Shown: positions 37,640 to 50,200 of the stretch, one piece after another | How the letters are laid out: each line of letters opens with the position of its first letter | Position numbering within the stretch: the first letter of the stretch is position 1 | Assembly: GCA_963514005.1 (NCBI GenBank) | Contig: OY740821.1 | Location: forward strand, 15,066,001 to 15,130,000 | From: Raja brachyura | Lineage: Eukaryota | Length of the DNA: 64,000 nt | Direction of reading: 5' to 3' | Notes under the pieces: model-generated | The model's input: the letters and a program-made list of their open reading frames with translations, nothing else | Told to the model about the DNA's origin: nothing | Database searches by the model: none | Made by a program: the position numbers and the translations under genes

Positions 37640-38240
37640 GCGGTGACTGCCTATTATTTTTGTTGCATCCGGAGGAATAATAGACAGCGGCCTGCGCTTC
37701 TAGCCGACAGAGCGTCCCTCTTTAACCGGGCCGCTCCCTACCTTTCTCGCCAACAACAGATTTGCGCAAGGCTTTTGCGGCTATCTCAAGGTGGGCGAGC
37801 CACTCGATCCCGATTTGCTATCACTTACCTGTACTTCGCCGTCGACCTTCCACCAGCTCTGCTCCCCGCCGCTTCTAACAAGGATCAGTGGGGCGGAGGG
37901 AGGCAAAGTCGATAGCGCCCACCCATATAGAAGGGTTCTCAACCTCCCACACAGCAGCTCCGGAAAGGCGACCACAGTGCTTTAAAGGGACACCGCCACT
38001 TAGTATTCCAGGAAAAGAACAAAATATTTACAGCAAGGGAGCGATTTTACTTAATGGAGGGGGCGGAGAACTGCTCACTGATCATAAATGGAGAGGGAGC
38101 GCCGCACTGTGGGAGGAGCGGCAAGGAGGGAGCGTCGCACGACTGGATGGGGCGGTGCCTGCGCGGAGAAAGCGGTTCGCTGAGTGAGACTGTCGAATGC
38201 TGTGATGGGCGGTGCTGGGGGGCCTGGCGTCACACTTGCC
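37640..38240 (-). promoter_or_regulatory. CpG-island promoter and non-coding exon 1 of the INPP1-like gene
   Basis: CpG-rich, with GGGCGG boxes near 37891, 38060, 38150 and 38207. Strong minus-strand donor CAG|GTAAGT at 37829/37828. Confidence 0.75.
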
Positions 38241-38681
38241 AGTGGAAAGGAAATGTGAACGTTTACTTTGTTACCTTTCTCATTGAGCATGCCATGGCGT
38301 GATATTGAAGAGGAATATGAGTGCTCTCCCCACTTTCTGGGGTCATCATTTATTGTGTTTAATAATGGACATCAATTTAATTTCATTCGTTATTTGTAGG
38401 AGTCCGCTGTGTGAAAATTGGCTGCCCATTTTTCTACATTTTAAAAATATACATTTGCAGGAGCCTTTGGAGATTATGCTTCCTTGGAATGGGACTCTTA
38501 TCTGAAGCCTGCATGCACTTCTTTCTTTATCTGTTGATGAGCATGAATGCCTAAAACATCAATCAACTAGAATAACATTAACAAAATATGTTCTTCAATT
38601 TTTGAAGAGGTCTGATCAATAAATACCAGCTCATGAGTAAAACAGGACATCTGAGGCCTTATGACAATCTTTCAAAGCAGA

Positions 38682-38907
38682 CGGACATTGGAAAGACTGC
38701 AATACTGAAAATCACATTGACAGCTGGAACTATATTTTAATTTCCAAAGTTTCCTTTAAATACAAGGAATGAAACACACATTGATAGAGGGTGGCGGGCA
38801 TTGGAAAGACCGCAATACTGCAAATCACATTGACAGCTGGAACTATATTTTAATTTCCAAAGTTTCCTTTAAATACAAGGAATGAAACACACATTGATAG
38901 AGAGTGG
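38682..38907 (+). repeat. 113-bp tandem duplication
   Basis: Units 38682-38794 and 38795-38907 differ at about 4 positions. Confidence 0.92.
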
Positions 38908-39019
38908 TAAAGAATCCATATGGTACGCTTGCCTTCATTGATCGGGGCAATTAATATAAGAGCAGAGTTTTGGATGACCTCACCTTTATGGTGGGTTGAA
39001 CAAGGTTAATCCCAGATCA

Positions 39020-39094
39020 TTCTATTCAATTCAATTCAATTCAATCTTTATTGTCATTGTGCAGTGTACAATACAGAGACAACGAAATGCAGTT
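39020..39094 (-). mobile_element. LINE 3' end with (TTGAA)n microsatellite tail
   Basis: (ttcaa)4 followed by tctttattgtcattgtgcagtgtacaatacagagacaacgaaatgcagtt. Confidence 0.6.
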
Positions 39095-40186
39095 GGTATC
39101 TCCGAAGGGCGAACTTACGAATTAATATTAGGTCACTTACATTAAAGATTGATGTCACTGTCAAATGTCCTTTCTGTAGCCAGTGGTCAGCTTTGGCGAT
39201 AGTGCTGTGTTCATCCGTACAGCCATGTTGTACATGGTTTCCCCTCTTTGAAACCTAGAGAAACCTCTAGGTTTCCCCTCTTTGGTTTTTGAATTTGATA
39301 CTTTGTTGTATTTTAAGATTCTTTCAGTTTAGCCAGACAGTTTATTAGATTATTGCCTTGTGAATAAATAAGACCTTGTCTTTCATCAATATATTATGCC
39401 CTATTATTGTTCTCACCTTTGCAAGTATTTTTGTGGAAAGAATCTCTGCCTCCATTATCCTGTCATGTAGTGAATTCCAAATTCTCACCACTCACTGAAC
39501 AAAACTATTTCTTCTCATCTTAAATCTCTGCTCCCCAGTAGCTGAACTGTTTGATAAGGGATTTTTTTCTCTGTTTACCCTGTCCAGGGCGCTTATAAAT
39601 GTATACACTTCAAGTAAATCTCTCATCGATCCAAAAATATAATCAATCCCTAGTACGTTTTCCCTGGTGACATAACTTCAGTACTTTTTGCCTTGGTAAC
39701 ATTGTTATTCCTCTTCTCTGCACTCTAGTGCTATCAGATCCTCCCTTTATCCTTTAACAGTGCATTGTTGTCGGCTTGATTGTAGTCATGTATAGTCATT
39801 TCTTTGACTGGACAGTAAGCAAACAAGCTTATCACTGTAACTTGGTACACGTGACAATAATAAACTAAACAGTGATAACCAAAACTGTGCACTGTACTCC
39901 AGCTGTGGTCTCACTTGTTATAGTTGTAACAAAAAAAGTTTTTTTTTCCGTAATGCAAGTATTCCATATACCTTCTTAACCACTATTTCCTTGTCCTGCT
40001 AGCTTCAGGCCAAGGTTGCCATTTACCACTCATTAAACCAAAGCAGTATGAGGTGAACAGTGCACTGTGAATGAGTTACAGACTTCTGGACCAGTGATCC
40101 AGAGACAAGAATATGAATCCCACAATGGCAAATTTAAATGCAAATAATTAAATAGGTGACTGTGAAACTACCAGATTGTCATCAAA

Positions 40187-40353
40187 TGTGTAGGACGGAA
40201 CCGCAGATGCTGGTTTACACTGGGTTTACACCTGGTTTACACCGAAGAAACCGTCAGACTGAAGAAGAATCTCGACCCAAAACGTCACCCATTCCTTCTA
40301 TCCAGAGATGCTGCCTGTCCCAGTGAGTTACTCCAGCATTATGTGTCTATCTA
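40187..40353. mobile_element. Penelope-derived element, degenerate hammerhead core
   Basis: Exact 14-bp TSD agattgtcatcaaa (40173-40186 / 40354-40367). Internal ggtttacac triplication. Confidence 0.85.
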
Positions 40354-40667
40354 AGATTGTCATCAAAGTCTGGTTCATTTATGTCCTACGGGTCAGGAAA
40401 TCTGTTATCCTTACCCAGACTGGCCTGCATGTGACAACTGGTTGACTCCTGGTTTAGGGGCAATTGGATGCTGTTAGTTTAGAAACAATAAAAGTTAGAA
40501 AAAGAAAATCAGGGTGAAAGGACAATTTGTAAGGATTGTTGGTTTTTTTGTTGCTAAAAGATAGTTGGCACATCGCTAGGACTGTGTGGATTTTGAAATT
40601 TTATTTTCAATATTGATAAAAAGCTTTTTAAATTTACCTCCATTGATTTCTACATTAATTTTACTTC

Positions 40668-41250
40668 AGGGCGCCATAGCAACGGATGACCCGGGTGTCG
40701 TCGCTGTCTCACGGGGACCAATGGCGCGGCGTATTGTTGATCGTGACTAACGCGGCCCAGGATTGGATAGGTGGCGAGCGGCGGTGGGAGGAGAAGAGTT
40801 TGGCAAGATGGCGGACAGGACGGGGGTGGACATTAGCAAATTGAAGGTACAGGGAGCTGAAACCCAGGCGAGGTTCGGGGGAATCTTTGGGGACAGGATA
40901 AGCCGAGGATCGCGAGTCAGGGACTGCATTCTGAAGACGAAGCAGCCGCGAGGCTTCATCTTTTACTTGCTTGTCCTCCCGGAGACGCTACGGGGGGGGC
41001 TCTTTGCCGTTTGCCGCGGTCGATTCCCACCCCTTCCCCCTCTCCCCGCAACGGTCGCTCTGAGGATGGGGTTATTTTTCTGTTTCAAAGTCACCCACCG
41101 TAACTGCCTCCCGCCCCAACGCTTTAAGCGGCATAAACGTCGTGATGAGGAGCAACACATGGCTCCCACACGGCCTAGTGGATTAATGAACCATCGGAAC
41201 CAGGATCGAGTACACGCCTGTATCCTCATGGGTTACAAGTCGTATCACAT
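40668..41250 (+). promoter_or_regulatory. SARNP CpG-island promoter
   Basis: RFX X-box-like ggcgccatagcaac 40670-40683, CCAAT 40718, ATTGG 40762, YY1-type CAAGATGGCGG 40804-40814 over the ATG. Confidence 0.8.
40808..40846 (+). CDS. SARNP: SARNP exon 1 (MADRTGVDISKLK)
   Basis: Strong Kozak context aagATGg, donor gtacag. Confidence 0.9.
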
Positions 41251-44200
41251 GGGGTGTAATTCCTGAAGGCGTGGATGGATAAGCTTTTTTTTTGTTTGTT
41301 TTTTCAGAAAAAAAAATCTGAATCACGTCGAGATATAGTGTTTAAGTTACTGGAGCTGCATCCAGAGACCTGGAACATTGAGTTAAAGAAGGAACTGCAG
41401 ATGCTGGAGAATCGAGGGTTACACAAAAAGCTGGAGAAACTTCAGTCTGAAGAAGGGTCTCGACCCGAAACGTCGCCTATCTCCTTAGATGCTGCTGCAC
41501 CCGCTGAGTTTCTCCAGCTTTTTGTGTAACCCTGGAACATTGATCTCGTGACATGAATTCATCCCACCGTAGCGGCTGGGAGATTTAAATTCAAGTAATT
41601 CAATAAATCTGGATTAACCATTCAGTATCAATAATCAAAAGATATCTAATTGCCTTGTGGAAGGGGGGGAAACATAATAATGGCCTGCAGTAAGAAAAAT
41701 CGTATTTCTTACCCATTCTAGGTTATTATGTGATGGCAGACCCAGTAATCTGACTTTTAACAGCCACCTAAATTTGGAAGCAATTCGGACTGTATAATAA
41801 ATGGCAATTTTTTTTTTTTAATTGTCGGGGGGATGGCAGGTGCAGGGGAAATATGCAAATAACTGATTGATCCTCAAATTGTGAGGAGCAATGCTGATAC
41901 AGTTTTGAATAGAGGAAAGTATTTTAAATTATAAAAGGCTGTAACGAGGTGAGTAGCAAATGCTGTCTCCTTCAATTGAGGAGTTGAAGGTTCATCAATT
42001 TTAAACTTCTGGTAGAAAAATTAAGCTCTTCAGAGTTTGAAAATAAAGTAGTTGAGACAGAAACTATTGTATAATGAGGGCAGGATTATTTTTTTTAATA
42101 CAAGGGTATGGGGAAACAGTAGGATGATTGGATGAATCTAAGCCTCCACAATTCCAAACTTTGTTTTTACGTTATTTTAGTTGACTGAACTGAGACAAGA
42201 ATGTGTTTCCAGAGGACTAGATTCTAAAGGAAACAAACAGGATCTCATCCAGAGACTGCAGGCTTACCTGGAAGAACATGGTAACATTTTAATTACTATT
42301 TATTTATACTATATATACCGCACGTTATAAAGTTTGTTCAACATTTATAATTTAATCTAGTATGTACTTATGGCAGATTGTGCATTATTTCTCGTTAACC
42401 AGACATTGAATTTGCAAACAACAAGTCCATTGAGTTGTTAAGTGTTAATCTAAATTAATTCTAAATCATACACTTCTTGATCGCTATAAAGGTGACAGCA
42501 TTAGCAGTAGTTGATCAAACTGCTCAATCTGTACCCTTCCAAGTTATACTATCATATGATTTCTTCCTGTCACTAATTTATGTTTGAAAGCTCATGATTT
42601 AGTGGCTTTGCCTTCAGTGTAATTTTGTTCCAGTTTCTTTAAGCATATGCTTACTGATGTATTTATAAACATCTCTTTAAATGTAGCCCATGTATCCAAT
42701 TATCCTTTCCACAATGTTCTCAAGTCAGATTCTCTGATACACAAAATATAGCACCAAATGTTTAAGTCGTTTTTTTGAGGATTGCTTGGGTAATGAGAAA
42801 AGTACACAGTGGGAAACAAACAAGCAAATTCATGATTTTTGAATCCAGAATTATTAGAAATTGACTTTAAGGTTTTTCAGCTAACGAATTCAAAAGTTAT
42901 GACATCCCTTGTCTTAATCAGATGCTTTGACAGGATGGGATGTTTTGCATGTATTTGTGAAAGTGAGCCAAATGGTTATCTCATTTTTATTTGCGCCATG
43001 CATTGTATGTTGTCATGGACTTTGGATGCCATTGCAGTTCTTGCAGCTCATCCCTGTTCAAAGTCGCTATTTTAGGTGTGCAGTGGAAGAGTGCTTATTT
43101 TCTCTTCAATCTGGTCAAAAGACCTAGTTGAAACCATAGTCTCCTCCATGTGGATTTCCTCTGCATTTTTTCATTATGGCCTAGATAATATATGTGAGTT
43201 TTATATGTTGAAATGAAAAGGATGTTAAAATGATGGTGAGACACCATTTTAAAACTAAGTCTTAATGTCCATGTGTGAATTTGCAGTCCTTTCGCATGTT
43301 GTTTTGTATTCAGCAATACTATAAGCTTCCTTTAAAATGCATTTAATTGCAATGTGGTTTAAAACAATAATTAAATTAGTTGATATTTATATTGTTTGTG
43401 GCTTCTGTACTGAGTCAGCTGATGTCGGCCATATAAATAGTTGGGTATTCGAACAAAACTTAAAAATAACGGAAAAGCTCACCACTTCAGACAGACTGCA
43501 CATGGAGAGCAGGGAAAAGTTATGAGTGCACTTGTCTGTTTTGCGCTTCTGGGTTAGAGTAGAAAATTAGCATACATTTTGCATGCGCCAGGCTGTGATG
43601 CCCCTTTTTGGCTGAATAGTTCAATAAAACATGAATACAATAGATTATTATCAAGAAAAGTAGGTAAGCAAGCAGAGCTGGTTAACGATTACAAATCTTG
43701 AATCCATCTAGAAAATATTTCTGTCGTATACTTTAACAGTGATCTGCAATATATGTCGTATTGGTTACAGTGCACCAGCTTAATGTCATCACACAGCAAA
43801 TGCAGCATGTAAGGGGATGGGGCTGAATATATTTTGTTGTGAAGTATGTGTGCTCTTTAACCCTAATTCTAGGGAAAGTTCTTTATTTTATGCTGTGCAT
43901 CCTTTTAAACTACAATATTCTAATACTTTCTAGAGCTTGACCTTCAATAGAGTGACTGAGTATGTAGGTAATTAACTGTTAAATCTAGTCCTTCTGTGAG
44001 ATCAAACTAGTAATGGTCCTGTTTAAATATGCTGCTTTCTGTTACAGCTGAGGAAGAAGTGAATGAAGAAGATGTTCTAGCTGAAGATACAGAGGTAGAT
44101 ATCATCTCAGTGTATCGTTGCTCACCGGAATGTTGTGGCATCAACGTTAAAACGTAGTTAAAGCTATCTTTGTCTAGTTCTACATATGGCAATTCACATC

Positions 44201-47200
44201 TAGGGTTCTGCCGTGACTCTTTTTACTGATGGTACTAGGATTGTGGAGATGAGCAAGTCAACATGTCTGCAGTCATGACTTATTGGGTCTGTTTTATGTT
44301 TCTTAAGTAGAATATAATTGAAACACTATTCTTGGGCCTTAAGGGAGATGCCACGAAAGCCTTGGGCTGGGGTGCAATGAGAGCAATCTCGGGCTAAGGG
44401 ATTGAACTCGGCTGCGGAGTAATTTCTTCACCCAGAGTTGGGAATCTTTAAGTTCTTCGCCATTGAGATTTGACTGCTCAATCGTTAAGTATGTTTGATG
44501 CTGTGACTGTTTAAATTTTTGCGTTATGAGATTTGGCATTGGAGGCAACATCATGTTAGGTGATGGGCTGAGATTTATGGGTTTGTATATGTTAGTCAAT
44601 AAGTTTGATGAACCTTTTTGAATATTAGATTTCTGGGGAAAATTACATAACAGTATCTAAATCCTTGGCTGAATGTTGAGAATGTGCGTTGCCTTGAAAT
44701 GACCAATGAATAGGTTAGTTTGACAAAGTGTTAAAGAAGGAACTGCAGATGCTGGAGAATCGAGGGTTACACAAAAAGCTGGAGAAACTCAGCGGGTGCA
44801 GCAGCATCTAAGGAGTGAAGGAGATAGGCGACGTTTCGGGTCGAGACCCTTAGTTTGACATATCGCTTTGCACTGTATTCTTGATTAGAGTCAAGCATCC
44901 TAGAAACGGACCCTTTGGACAACTTGCCCCTACTGACCAACATGCACCATCTACACTAGCCCACCTATCCGTATTTGCCCCATATCACTCCAAACCATTC
45001 CTATTCATGTATCTGTCTAAATGTCTTTTAAATCGTGTTATACTATGTGCCTCAACTACTTCACTCTTTGTGTGGAAAAAGTTGCCCCTCAGTTTCCTAT
45101 TAAATCTTTCCCCTCTCACTGTAAACTTATGTCGCCTGCTACTTGGTTCCCCTACTCTTGGTAAAAGACTGTGCATTCACCCTATCTATTCCTCTCGTGA
45201 TCTTGTACACCTTTTTAAGGCATAGAGAGAGAGAGAGGGGTAGATAGTACGGGTGTCATGGGTTATAGGGAGAAGGCAGGAGCATGGGGTTAGGAGGGAG
45301 AGATAGGTCAGCCATGATTGAATGGTGGAGTAGGCTTGATGGACCGAATGGCCCATTTCTGCTCCTATCAATTGTAACACCCCTATAAGATCACCTCTCA
45401 TCCTCCTGCCCTCTTAAGTAATACAGTCCTAGCCTGTTCAACCTCGCCCTATTGTTCAGGCCCTCAAGTCCTGGCAACATCTTTGTAAACCTACTAGCCA
45501 CTATTTCCTGCTTAACAACGTCCTTCATATAGCACGGTGACCAAAACTGAACACTTATTCCAAATGTGGCCTAACGTCTTGTACAACTTTAACATAACAT
45601 CCCAACTTCTATACTCGGTCAGATTAGTTAGAAGAATTTATGCTTTAATACAGGGCATTTTCATAGCTGATCAAAATCTCAGCTTGTATAACAGGAAAAA
45701 TGCATTTAAGAAATAAGAAAATAAAAGCAAGCTCCAGTTATTTGATTATTTAGCAAAGTTATGCAATATGGGATATCTATGAATGCTGAACAATTTTAGT
45801 GCATCATATTCTGGGAAGGATGTGGCAATTGGAGGAGTGCAGCAATTTTTCATGCGGACACTGCATATGAAGAAAGACTGGATAGACTCGGCTTGTACTC
45901 GCTGGAATTTAGGAGATTGAGGGGGGATCTTATAGAGACGTACAAAATTCTTACGGGGTTGGACAGGCTAGATGCAGGAAGATTGTTCCCGATGTTGGGG
46001 AACTCCAGAACAAGGGGTCACAGTTTATGGATAAGGGGGAAGTCTTTTAGGACCGAGATGAGAAGATCATTTTTCACAAAGAGAGTGGTGAGTATGTGGA
46101 ATTCTCTGCCACAGAAGGTAGTTGAGGCCAGTTCATTGGCTATATTTAAGAGGGAGTTAGATGTGGCCCTTGTGGTTAAAGGGATCAGGGGGTATGGAGA
46201 GTAGGCAGGTACAGGATACTGATTTGGATGATCAGCCATGATCATATTGAATGGCGGTGCAGGCTCAAAGGGCCGAATGGCCTACTCCTGCGCCTATTTT
46301 CTATGATTCTATGCAGAATACGGGGATATTTGGAAGAACAACAGTTTAAATTTGATATGTTTTAATCTGAATGAGTTTTATAGTTAATATTTAGAGATAT
46401 TTGTCTATCAAAGGTGATTATGTGGAATAAAAACATTACTTTGAGTTGACCTCTATCCTGCCAATATTCATGGAGAACAGTCAAAATATTGGAAATTCTG
46501 GAGATGTGATGGAGCATGATGTCTCTATCTCTCATGTTAGCCACTGGAAAACAGAATGCATTGACGTTTTTACCCTGAACTCCTATGTTTCAGCAAAGAC
46601 TAAAGTGTCTGTTGTTTTAATTGTATAAATACTTATTTCCTGAAAACATTGATGTTCTTCACTTCACACACAGGAAGAGGAACAACAGCAGAAAGCTGAG
46701 CCAGAAGTTGAAGGTCAAACTGTTGCTGCCAAGGAACCAGAAGAGTAAATATTACTAATTTCAGTTTCGCATTATTTTGCTGTGTAACTTGCCATCTATA
46801 TACAGAGAGTTGGAATTATGCTGATAAACTACACATTCTGCTCCCATTTTTGATAGAATTTCCAAGGAAAAATGTCAAACGTGCACTTGTGCTAGCACTG
46901 AATGTAATTGGAAGATATTGTTCATAACTCAAATATTTTCAATGCAAGGTGGAAATGATCTTATTGACTTTGGTTGCGTGTTGAATATTTGATGTTTCAA
47001 ATTTTACTGCTAAATTAGGCTTATCAAAATTGTTTTGTCTTTCAGCCTACAATCAATCTTAATTCTGCTCTAAGATGCTACTTTAAGATTAATGAGAAGT
47101 GTGCTACATATATGGTCCTCAACATTGCTCTTTATAGGTTGATTAACCTGTACATTAGATGCACAGTCTTTTCCCCAAAGTAGGGCTAATCAAGAGCCAT

Positions 47201-50200
47201 ATGATATAGGTTAAATGTGAGAGGGAAAAGAATAGGTGCTTGAGGGACAATTTTATTCTCACAGATGGTGGTGGGTATATGGAATGAGCTACCAGAGGAG
47301 ATGGTTGAGGCAGGTGCTAGAGACAATGTTTAAAAGACATTTGCACAGGTACTTGGGTAAGAAGGGAGGGATATGGACCAAATGCATGCAGTTGAGACTA
47401 GTGTAGATGGGGCAACTTGGTCGGCATGGACATGTTTGGTGAATGGGCCTGTTTCCATGCCGTATGACCCTAAAGATTACTAGTGATGTCTCAATTTCTG
47501 GTTGTCCTCCTCTTACTCTATGACCTACTGTTTAGCTGCTGCTTTAAGTAATATTTTTGGAATGGTGATCCAGTGTGGATTTCAAACTGGGTCATTTGAA
47601 TGTGAATCATTGTCCCATTCCTAGAACTCTTGCCTTGATGAATGAGTGACATTTTTGGATCTGGTGAAGATTTTTTTGCAAATTATAATCTACCCCTTTT
47701 TCTTAATTTAAAAACGGTCTCTTCTGGGGTGGGGGAGGAGGGTTATTGCTATTTAAAATGAATATATGTTTTTGATTTCCCTATTCTAAAAGTGCTTATT
47801 TTTCAGAACTGCAGCAAAGAAGTTGGTTAAAATAGTGGGACCACTGACAGAGAGCGAGGTGAGTATCAAGGTACTTTTGCAAATTTCCCTGACATTGTGT
47901 TTTACTTGCACTAATAATAATTTTTACGACTGCATGTCTTGTAGATATTTGGTAGCCACAATTAAATGTTTATTCTAACAACGTAACTAATCCTAGTATC
48001 CCTTTATTATTTGAACATACGTTTCACTCGTTTGTACCTCTAATAACTGAGGTTGCTGGCACAGTCTCCACCACTTGCAGCTGGTGTGTTCATGTGAGTG
48101 TGATTTGCCTATTACATGATGACTTGTATAACCCATATGTGGGTTGTGTTAGTGATGCAATAGGTTGAGGTACATTGCTGATGAGTCGCAACAGACGGTT
48201 TTCAGCATAACTTTCGCACAGCTGCAGCATGCCCATGGCCTTACCAGTGCTCTTTGTGGTATGTGCAGGACCCATCCACCCGCATTCCTTTTGTTCACTG
48301 ATATTTCTGAATTTTGAATACAAAAAAACACTGAAGAGTACATACTAAGAGTGGTTTTTTTTTTGGGGGGGGGGGCATAACTCTGGTTGCCAACAGTTTA
48401 ATAACATTGTTGAACTCTGGACAAAGGCAGAAAAGTGTAACAGTGCTGACTCCAGTGGACTCCTGCAGCATCTAAAAGGAACACTAAACGCAGGCGAGTG
48501 GCTGTGGTAGCAGATACAACAGTGTTAATATTTGGACAGTGTAACCAGATAGGTAAGAGTGAAAGTGTGGACAAGGGCTGCAGGTAAGTGTGCCAAATCT
48601 AGACACTGGTAGAAGATTATGTGCTAAATTTTGCACAATTACAGCACTAAATTCTAGTCAATGGTAGCGGATTATAGCATCATTAAATTCTGAACCATAG
48701 TAGCATTAAAGTCTATGCACTTATTGCAATTAACCTGGGCACAGGCAAGAGACTACTACAGCTGAACATTAGACAACTGCAGCACATTATAGCAGTATTA
48801 ATCTCTGTACATCGGCGGCTTATAATGACGCTAAACTGGGCAGTGGTGGCGGCAGAACAAAACAATGCTTAACATGGCAGCGGCAGAATGAAATGCTAAA
48901 CTAGACACTGGCGGCTCTGACAAAAATGGCACTAAACTGAGCAGCAAGCAGCAATTTATAATGGCATAAAACTGGGTAGTAGCGGCTCGACAAAATGGGC
49001 AACAGTGGCTCGGAACAAAATGGCGCTAAACTGGGCATTGGCAGTGCTTTATGACGGCACTAAACTGGACATTGGCGGTGGTTTGAAATGGTGAAACCAT
49101 AGCAGCTCTGAATGAAATAGCGCTAAATTGGGCAGTGGTGGCTCAGAGCAAAATGATGCTAAACTGGCTAGTGGCGGCTCAGAATGAAATGGCGCTACAT
49201 TGGGCAGTTGTGGCACCAGTCTATAATTACACTAAACAGTGGCAGTAAATTGGACAATGCGCTAAATTTGTTGGTTGTATTGTGGCAGATTATAGCAATG
49301 CTAAAGTATTATGAGCAAGTGACCACTATCATAACTGTACTCAACTCTGAATGGACGCAGCAGGTAAATATGCTAATTCCTGGTCATTGGCACTAAATTA
49401 TAATGGCGCTAAACATCATTCTCCCTGTGGCACTGGCTCATTTTGAACTTTTGAGGTTTTAGTTGCGTCATTTGTCGTTATTTGAAACCAAATGCAACAA
49501 ATTCGTAAGTTTGTCAATTTCCTGTGCACTATGTTGCAGGTTGGTGAGTGCAATTGTTTCTACCCAAAGTAAAATAGAGCATTTAAGATGCTATTCAGTG
49601 TTGAATGAGGTTTGATCAATATAAATTACTGTCTGATAAGTGGCGATTGTTCCAGGTGAGTATCTGTATACCATCATCAGAGGACTTCCCTCAAGCATAT
49701 TTAAACATAATAATGGGTGATATTGGAGTTTGATATTGGATACTCTCTTGGGTACAGTAGTTGGAAAGTCTTGGATTTGAGCTTGTGTCTGGTCTTTAAG
49801 TGCCATTGTGCAACTCGATTGTGACCCTTGGGTGATCTCAACCTGGAGGGAAAATGACAGCAACAATGGCAATTGTTTTGGCCTAATCTTGGCTCTTTAT
49901 TCTGTTTAAAATTACATTTGTACTCCATACACTTGGAGTTACTGTATTGTATTTAGGATTATTTTACCCCCATAATTTATTTATTTTGCTCTCAAAGAAC
50001 TTGATGTTATTTAATCTTTTTCTTCTCTACATACAGAGGCTAAAGAAAAGAGCAGAGCGCTTCAATGTGCCAGGGACAGCTGAGAGTAAGAAAGCTGCTC
50101 GCGCTGCACGGTAATAACTGTTGCATAAAATTAAGATTTGCAAATACATTCCAACCTTAAGACTGAAGCGTTGATCTTGTCTTGGGGGATAACAAAAATA

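Noticed and set aside
37640-41250. Single bidirectional promoter for INPP1-like and SARNP
   Set aside because: Two separate CpG islands about 2.4 kb apart, with AT-rich, repeat-containing DNA between them.
40763-41266. 167-aa ORF at the SARNP promoter and similar ORFs at 37637-38302
   Set aside because: Read-through of exon 1 into a GC-rich intron or CpG island. Only 40808-40846 is coding.
48178-48200. Complete hammerhead at CTGATGAGTC...GACG
   Set aside because: GAAA is replaced by GGTT, so the catalytic core is incomplete.
48400-49415. CRISPR-like array (36-bp periodicity)
   Set aside because: Vertebrate intron with no cas genes. The units are degenerate and the inter-anchor segments are related to each other rather than unique spacers.
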